Of a stretch of DNA of 64,000 nt, positions 59,038 through 64,000 are shown piece after piece; within the stretch, counting starts at the first letter, position 1, and the number at the start of each line of letters is the position of its first letter. A program made the translations under genes and the position numbers. Below the pieces are notes generated by a model. It saw only the letters and a program-made list of their open reading frames with translations, ran no database searches and was not told where the DNA came from. The stretch spans positions 96,001 through 160,000 of the forward strand of contig JAVJSW010000068.1 in assembly GCA_040219255.1 (NCBI GenBank), given 5' to 3'. This stretch comes from Sumerlaeia bacterium (GTDB taxonomy: Bacteria > Sumerlaeota > Sumerlaeia > SLMS01 > JAHLLQ01).

Positions 59038-60042
59038 ATGAACCCTTACGAGAATCTCGGCGAAGAAAACGCTCCCAAGGACAGCCCTCTGGGGCGCGAT
59101 CCTTTGGGAGAAGATCAGTTCATGGATCGCCCCCCGCGCCCGCCCGGCGTGCCGGCGAAGAAACCCTATGAGGACGACCCCGCGGAGGCGATGCAGAGCA
59201 ACGATCCCTACGCCCATCTCGGCACCGACGAATACAGCGGTTCGAAACAGGAAGAGGCCCGACCGGAGAATCGCAGTGTCGCGGCGCAGTATGGCGGCAA
59301 TTCCACGGGGCGCGACGAGATGCTGGCGGAGATGCTCGGCGGCGGCTCGCTGATGGACGAACTGTACGGCGATCAGGGCGGCGGCACCGGCCCGGCGGCC
59401 CCCACCGACGACCTGGCCGCCATGTACGGCGGTGGAGGCGGCGTTCCCCGCGAGGACCGCAAGGCCGGCGAAGTACACGACATGACCCAGCAGGCTGGTC
59501 TTCCGGCGCTCCAGAAGGAAAGCGTCAGCCGTACGCCGCTGATCGTGCTGGCGATCTTGCTGCTTCTGATTCTGGCTGGCGTGGGCGCGCTCTTCCTTAC
59601 CAAGAAGACGGTTTACGACCGCCTGACGGGCGAAGCGGAGAAAATCTCGACGGCGGCCTATTTGGTCGATCTGTTGAGCATGCCGGCGGCGGACCGCGAT
59701 TTCCAGGGTTACAGCGAGTTGGAACGAGCCTACCTGCTGACCGACGACCGCATCGGAATCGTCCACAGCTATGCGGTGGATTTCTACAACAGCACCGGCG
59801 TCAGCCCCTCGGGCTCGGCCGAACTTTTCGAAGCCTACCAGGATATGCGCGAGTACGAGCAGGTCGATGGCTGGGGCAACGTCTTCTCCATCTTGGCGCG
59901 AGGCGGTTCGGTGTCGGTCCGCAGCAGCGGCGAAGACGGTCTGCTGAACACCAGCGACGACTTCGTGTACGATGAAAATGGCCTCCGAGCCCCCGGTGGA
60001 TACCAGGATTTCCTGCTCTTGCAGGGCATGTCGGAGAACTGA
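59038..60042 (+). CDS. Membrane protein with disordered acidic N-terminus and GspG-like C-terminal motif
   Basis: Single TM; DGWGN...VRSSGEDG..NTSDDF. Confidence 0.6.
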   Translation: MNPYENLGEENAPKDSPLGRDPLGEDQFMDRPPRPPGVPAKKPYEDDPAEAMQSNDPYAHLGTDEYSGSKQEEARPENRSVAAQYGGNSTGRDEMLAEMLGGGSLMDELYGDQGGGTGPAAPTDDLAAMYGGGGGVPREDRKAGEVHDMTQQAGLPALQKESVSRTPLIVLAILLLLILAGVGALFLTKKTVYDRLTGEAEKISTAAYLVDLLSMPAADRDFQGYSELERAYLLTDDRIGIVHSYAVDFYNSTGVSPSGSAELFEAYQDMREYEQVDGWGNVFSILARGGSVSVRSSGEDGLLNTSDDFVYDENGLRAPGGYQDFLLLQGMSEN

Positions 60043-60156
60043 ACGTCACGAACATGGTAGCGGCGGGGCATCCGGCCCGGCCTTTGCCTTACCCCCCTGT
60101 CAACCAGCCCATTCCCCCCAGGAATGTGCGTCAATTTGACGAGGGGAGGCGCCCGC

Positions 60157-61329
60157 ATGCCTCATGTTCGCGCCCAAATCAGGAAAAACGTCCTGTTCGC
60201 CGGTGTTCTGTTCATCGGTTGTTTGATGGGGAGTTTCCTGGCCGCCAGCCGTGATGGCGCGGTTGGCTCTGGGATTTCCACGGCTGCGCAGGCCCAGACC
60301 GGCCCCGCCGTGGCCATCGCCCCGGTCGAGCCGCCACGCTCCAAAGCCGCCGCCGTTTATCGCGACGTCGCCGAATCGGTGGTCAGCATCGGCGCCATCA
60401 AGAGCGCCATCGTCTACGATTACGACCCCTATCGCGACTTCTTTCGCAACTTCATGTCGCGGCCCCAGCGCATCCAGCAGCGCACGCCCTACATGGGCAG
60501 CGGCTTTCTGATCGATAAAGAGGGCCACGTCCTGACCAACTTCCACGTGATCGAGGACAGCGACGAAGTCTTCGTGACCCTGATCGACGGCCGCGAAGTG
60601 CCCGCCAAGGTCCTCGACGCGGATCGGTTCATCGACGTGGCGCTGTTGAAGGTGGACGTGCCTTCGGTGGACCTGCCGCAGCCGTTGCCGCTCGGCGACA
60701 GCGACGACCTGCAGATCGGCGAAACGGCGATGGCTCTCGGCAATCCCTTCGGCAATCTGATCGACGACCCACGCCCCACCATCACCCGTGGCGTGGTCAG
60801 CGCCCTGAACCGCACCTTCCGCCCCGACGTGGAGAACATGCGCGTCTACCGCGACATGATCCAGACCGACGCGGCCATCAACCCGGGTAACAGCGGCGGC
60901 CCTCTGGTGAACGACCAAGGCGAGGCGATCGGGGTGAACTCGTTCATCTTCACCCGCGGCGGGGGCAGCAACGGCATCGGCTTCGCCATCCCCATCAACC
61001 GGGTGCGGCAGTTCGTCGACGAGGTTCTGGAATTCGGCCGCATCCGGCCGCTGTCCATCGACTTCAAGGTCGTCGCCGTGCGCAGCCGCGACACGCAGGG
61101 CGTGGCCGTGGTGGACATCGTCCCGGGTGGCGCCGCCGAGGGCGTTGGCCTGGTGGAAGGCGACGTCATTGTGGCGGTGGACGATCAGCGGGTCCTGAGC
61201 ACACGCGATTTTCTGCTACTCCTCGCGGCGCATCAGGTGGGCGACCGGGTGCTCTTCGATGTCTGGAATCAGGGCGAAGTGCGCCAGATCGAGTACACCA
61301 TCACCGAGTACATCGCCCGCCGCGGCTAA
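60157..61329 (+). CDS. HtrA/DegP-like serine protease with PDZ
   Basis: GSGF, TNFHVI, DVALLK, QTDAAINPGNSGG, PDZ. Confidence 0.93.
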   Translation: MPHVRAQIRKNVLFAGVLFIGCLMGSFLAASRDGAVGSGISTAAQAQTGPAVAIAPVEPPRSKAAAVYRDVAESVVSIGAIKSAIVYDYDPYRDFFRNFMSRPQRIQQRTPYMGSGFLIDKEGHVLTNFHVIEDSDEVFVTLIDGREVPAKVLDADRFIDVALLKVDVPSVDLPQPLPLGDSDDLQIGETAMALGNPFGNLIDDPRPTITRGVVSALNRTFRPDVENMRVYRDMIQTDAAINPGNSGGPLVNDQGEAIGVNSFIFTRGGGSNGIGFAIPINRVRQFVDEVLEFGRIRPLSIDFKVVAVRSRDTQGVAVVDIVPGGAAEGVGLVEGDVIVAVDDQRVLSTRDFLLLLAAHQVGDRVLFDVWNQGEVRQIEYTITEYIARRG

Positions 61330-61961
61330 GCGCGCCCCCGCGGTCCGGTCCAGACGAAATCCTGGAACTGGTGCTCGATGCCGAGCTGATCGAGCACCTT
61401 CATCACCATGAAATCGACGATGTCGCCGAGAGACTTGGGTTGGTGGTAGAACCCCGGCATGGCGGGGACGATGCGGGCTCCGGCTTCCGCCAGCAGAGTC
61501 AGGTTGCGCAGGTGGATCAGCGAGAGCGGCGTCTCGCGCGGGACCACGATCAGTCGGCGCCCTTCCTTCAGAAAACAATCGGCGCATCGCGTCAGCAAGT
61601 TGTCCGCGTAGCCATGAGCCATGGCGGCCACGGTCTTCATGCTGGCGGGGATGACGACCATGCCGTGGCTCTTGAAGGTGCCCGAAGCCGGCGCGGCGGC
61701 GATGTCGCGCACGTTGTAAACGCGCACCCGGGCATCGATTTCTTCCTGCGAGAGCGCCAGCCACTCCTTCATTGGCGTCGAAGGGCTGACGCCCTCGATG
61801 CCCAGTTCGGCGGCCATGACCTTCCAGGTGCTCGGCGAGACGAAGAGGTGAACCTCGAAATCCATGCGGACGAGGACCTCGATCAGCCGCGTACCATACA
61901 CGGTGCCCGAGGCTCCGGAAAGTCCGACGACGACGCGTTTGTCTGTGGAGAAATCGGCCAT
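61326..61961 (-). CDS. ubiX: Flavin prenyltransferase
   Basis: GLSGASG, ASG, PASMKT, LKEGRRL..PRETPL, PAMPGFYHQP. Confidence 0.93.
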   Translation of the reverse strand: MADFSTDKRVVVGLSGASGTVYGTRLIEVLVRMDFEVHLFVSPSTWKVMAAELGIEGVSPSTPMKEWLALSQEEIDARVRVYNVRDIAAAPASGTFKSHGMVVIPASMKTVAAMAHGYADNLLTRCADCFLKEGRRLIVVPRETPLSLIHLRNLTLLAEAGARIVPAMPGFYHQPKSLGDIVDFMVMKVLDQLGIEHQFQDFVWTGPRGRA

Positions 61962-61995
61962 GGAGGTGCCTTTCTGTGTCGCACGGGCATTCTGT

Positions 61996-62140
61996 GTAGC
62001 ATGGCCGTCTCGGCCATGACCAGCGACGCTTCCACTCCCGGAGCCGCCGCTTGGTCCCCGCTCTGCTGAGAGCCGCGCTCCGCAATGGGAAACCGGCGTG
62101 GGACGGAGGTGGCGGGTCACGGCCGGGACGGCCGCGCTCC
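61996..62140. repeat. Inverted pair of REP-like palindromes (REPIN-like)
   Basis: GTAGCATGGCCGTCTCGGCCATG (61996-62018) and rc GGAGCGCGGCCGTCCCGGCCGTG (62118-62140). Confidence 0.7.
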
Positions 62141-62237
62141 CTTCAGGCTCCGCGCCTTGAAGCCGAGGAGCAAGCGCCGAGCCTAAGAATGCCGGATGGA
62201 CTTGAGCCCGTTCTTTCTTCACCGCAGACTCCGCCTC

Positions 62238-62879
62238 ATGTCGATCTTTCGCTCCGGCCAGCCTTCCAATCCGTTCGCGACCCGCCATTGGGGGCCGGGG
62301 AATGTGACGTTCCTGTTTCCCGAGGGCGAGTCACTCGACGGCCTCCTGGCGCGGCTGGACGAGGCGGGCTGGCACGCCGAGCTGGTCGGCGATCATGGCG
62401 TCGGGAAATCGACGTTGCTGGCGACCTTGCGCGAAGCGGCGGAGGCGCGGGGTTGGCCCGTGCTGTGGTGCAAGATGCGCCAGGTCTCGCCCCGCCTGCC
62501 CTGGGGCTGGCAGTGGCGGTGGAGGCGGGCGCGGGTGGTTTTTCTCGACAGCGGCGAATTGCTGCCCGGCCGGCAGTGGCGGGCGCTGGCGCGCTGGGCG
62601 ACGCGCGGAGGGCGGGGGTTGGTGGTGACGCTGCACGCGCCGAAGGACTGGGGGCTGCGGGTGGATCTGGCGCCGCGGGCGGAGACCTTCGCGGCGCTTC
62701 TCAGCCACCTCCTCCGGCGACCCATTGCCCAGCAAGCCGCCGCCCGGTGGCTCGAAAAACACGCCACGCCGCGTCAGGCTTTGTTTGCGCTCTATGAGGC
62801 CTATGAGGAGGATGCTGCCGTGACCTTGGCGGATTTGACCGCACCGAGACCGCACCGAGAGGAGCCCCCGACGCCATGA
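62238..62879 (+). CDS. Small P-loop NTPase
   Basis: Walker A GDHGVGKST, Walker B-like VVFLDSGE; N-terminal NPFATR. Confidence 0.75.
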   Translation: MSIFRSGQPSNPFATRHWGPGNVTFLFPEGESLDGLLARLDEAGWHAELVGDHGVGKSTLLATLREAAEARGWPVLWCKMRQVSPRLPWGWQWRWRRARVVFLDSGELLPGRQWRALARWATRGGRGLVVTLHAPKDWGLRVDLAPRAETFAALLSHLLRRPIAQQAAARWLEKHATPRQALFALYEAYEEDAAVTLADLTAPRPHREEPPTP

Positions 62880-63355
62880 CGCCGAACGATACTTTGCTGG
62901 AAGCCGCCCGTAGTGGCGACATCGGGGCGTTGCGCGCGGCCCTGGCCCAGGGCGCCAACCGGGTGGTACTGAACGCGGCGAAGAGCATCGCCATCGAACA
63001 CGGCCACGGCTTGGCGGTGGAATACCTGCTCGAGCACGGAGCGGAATTGCAGCAGAACGATCTGTTCCTGATTTCGCTGCTGGGGGACGAAGAGGCGGCC
63101 TGCGAGGTGGCGCGGGCGGTCCTGCGGGCGGGGGGGGATATCAACCGCTCCTTCGACGGCCACCCGCGCACGGCGCTGCACGCGGCGGTGGTGGCGGATA
63201 AGCCGGTGCTGGCGAAGTTCCTCCTGGAGAACGGCGCCGACATCCGCCCCGGCACGGAGCACGCGGCCGAACTGATGCGCCTGACCTCGCCGAAATCCGA
63301 GCTGCGAGCCATCCTGCTGGACGCGATGGAATCGGAGGCCGCCGGGTCCCCATGA
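62876..63355 (+). CDS. Ankyrin repeat protein
   Basis: LLEAARSG..LAQGAN, VEYLLEHGA, TALHAA..FLLENGAD; ATGA overlaps on both sides. Confidence 0.88.
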   Translation: MTPNDTLLEAARSGDIGALRAALAQGANRVVLNAAKSIAIEHGHGLAVEYLLEHGAELQQNDLFLISLLGDEEAACEVARAVLRAGGDINRSFDGHPRTALHAAVVADKPVLAKFLLENGADIRPGTEHAAELMRLTSPKSELRAILLDAMESEAAGSP

Positions 63356-64000
63356 AGCCCATCCGCAAACGCCGCCCACCCGAAGATTTCGCCGAGAGGC
63401 GCGGCGATCATCCCCATGTGGAATGGGAAAGCCGCGCCTTCAAGACGAAGGTGAAACGTTCCCTGCGGCACAAACTGGTCGAGGAGCAGGGCTTCATCTG
63501 CTGCTACTGCAACGGCCGCATCACCGAGGCGACGAGCCACGTGGAGCACCTGAAGCCCCGCAGCCTGTTTCCCGAACTGGACTTGTCGTACTGGAACCTG
63601 CTGGCGTCCTGCGGCGGATCGCGGTCCGAGCAGGGGCTGAAGAACGCGCCCATTCATTGTGGTCCGGCCAAGGGCAACTGGTACGACGAGGAGCAGTTCG
63701 TCTCGCCCCTGATGCGCGATTGCCGGCGGTATTTCCGGTTCCTGGCCTCGGGCCAGATCGAACCCGCACCAGGCCTCTCGCCGGAGGAAAAATCCCGCGC
63801 CGCCACGACGATCGAAATCCTGCGGCTGAATCATCCCTCCCTGGTGCGGCGGCGGGGCGAGGCGCTGCGGGTGCTGACGATGATGGCGAGGGACGTGATG
63901 CGGGGCAAGCTGACGGCGGAGGAGCTGGCGCGGCGGGCCTCGCTCTGGACCAAGCGCGACCGCCAGGGGCGCTACGCGGAATTCACCACGGCGCTCGTGT
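63352..64000 (+). CDS. HNH endonuclease, TIGR02646/PtuB-like (3'-truncated by window edge; absent from ORF track)
   Basis: Own translation MKPIRK...EEQGFICCYC...HVEHLKP...WNLLASC...HCGPAK...TIEILRLN...RR; no stop before 64000. Confidence 0.88.
   Translation, partial: MKPIRKRRPPEDFAERRGDHPHVEWESRAFKTKVKRSLRHKLVEEQGFICCYCNGRITEATSHVEHLKPRSLFPELDLSYWNLLASCGGSRSEQGLKNAPIHCGPAKGNWYDEEQFVSPLMRDCRRYFRFLASGQIEPAPGLSPEEKSRAATTIEILRLNHPSLVRRRGEALRVLTMMARDVMRGKLTAEELARRASLWTKRDRQGRYAEFTTALV

Noticed and set aside
61962-62237. Possible retron msr-msd upstream of the HNH operon
   Set aside because: Hairpins are explained by REP-like palindromes and no reverse transcriptase is present in the window.

Overview
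GC-rich bacterial chromosomal window of about 50 genes from a diderm (LpxL-type acyltransferase, MlaE). Pseudopilin-like genes, lamin-tail and dockerin-like secreted proteins and short intergenic REP-type palindromes suggest a PVC-like or Candidatus Sumerlaeota (BRC1)-like organism; this is inference only. Recognisable content: rlpA (partial), an FHA-GAF-PP2C phosphatase with a STAS-TPR partner, LpxL, a transglutaminase, MlaE, a REP-associated Y1 transposase, a Ser/Thr kinase, a truncated GlmU, an FAD/Fe-S oxidoreductase-TPP enzyme-enolase cluster with a divergent CYP152 peroxygenase, carA/carB, GH57, a GT4, HtrA and UbiX. The most unusual elements are: (1) an intact 1061-aa DnaE paralog that has lost the palm catalytic motifs, the PHP metal ligands and much of the fingers but keeps a clamp-binding-like motif and the C-terminal domain, near a likewise degenerate EEP-fold lipoprotein and an intact kinase; (2) an AT-rich orphan Rhs toxin tip followed by two diverged paralogous immunity-like lipoproteins, the second bracketed by a 96-bp direct repeat; (3) a translationally coupled P-loop NTPase / ankyrin / TIGR02646-like HNH nuclease operon at the right edge; (4) a candidate ~160-nt structured sRNA with its own terminator. 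No rRNA, tRNA or CRISPR array was seen. All assignments are by eye from motifs; no searches were run.
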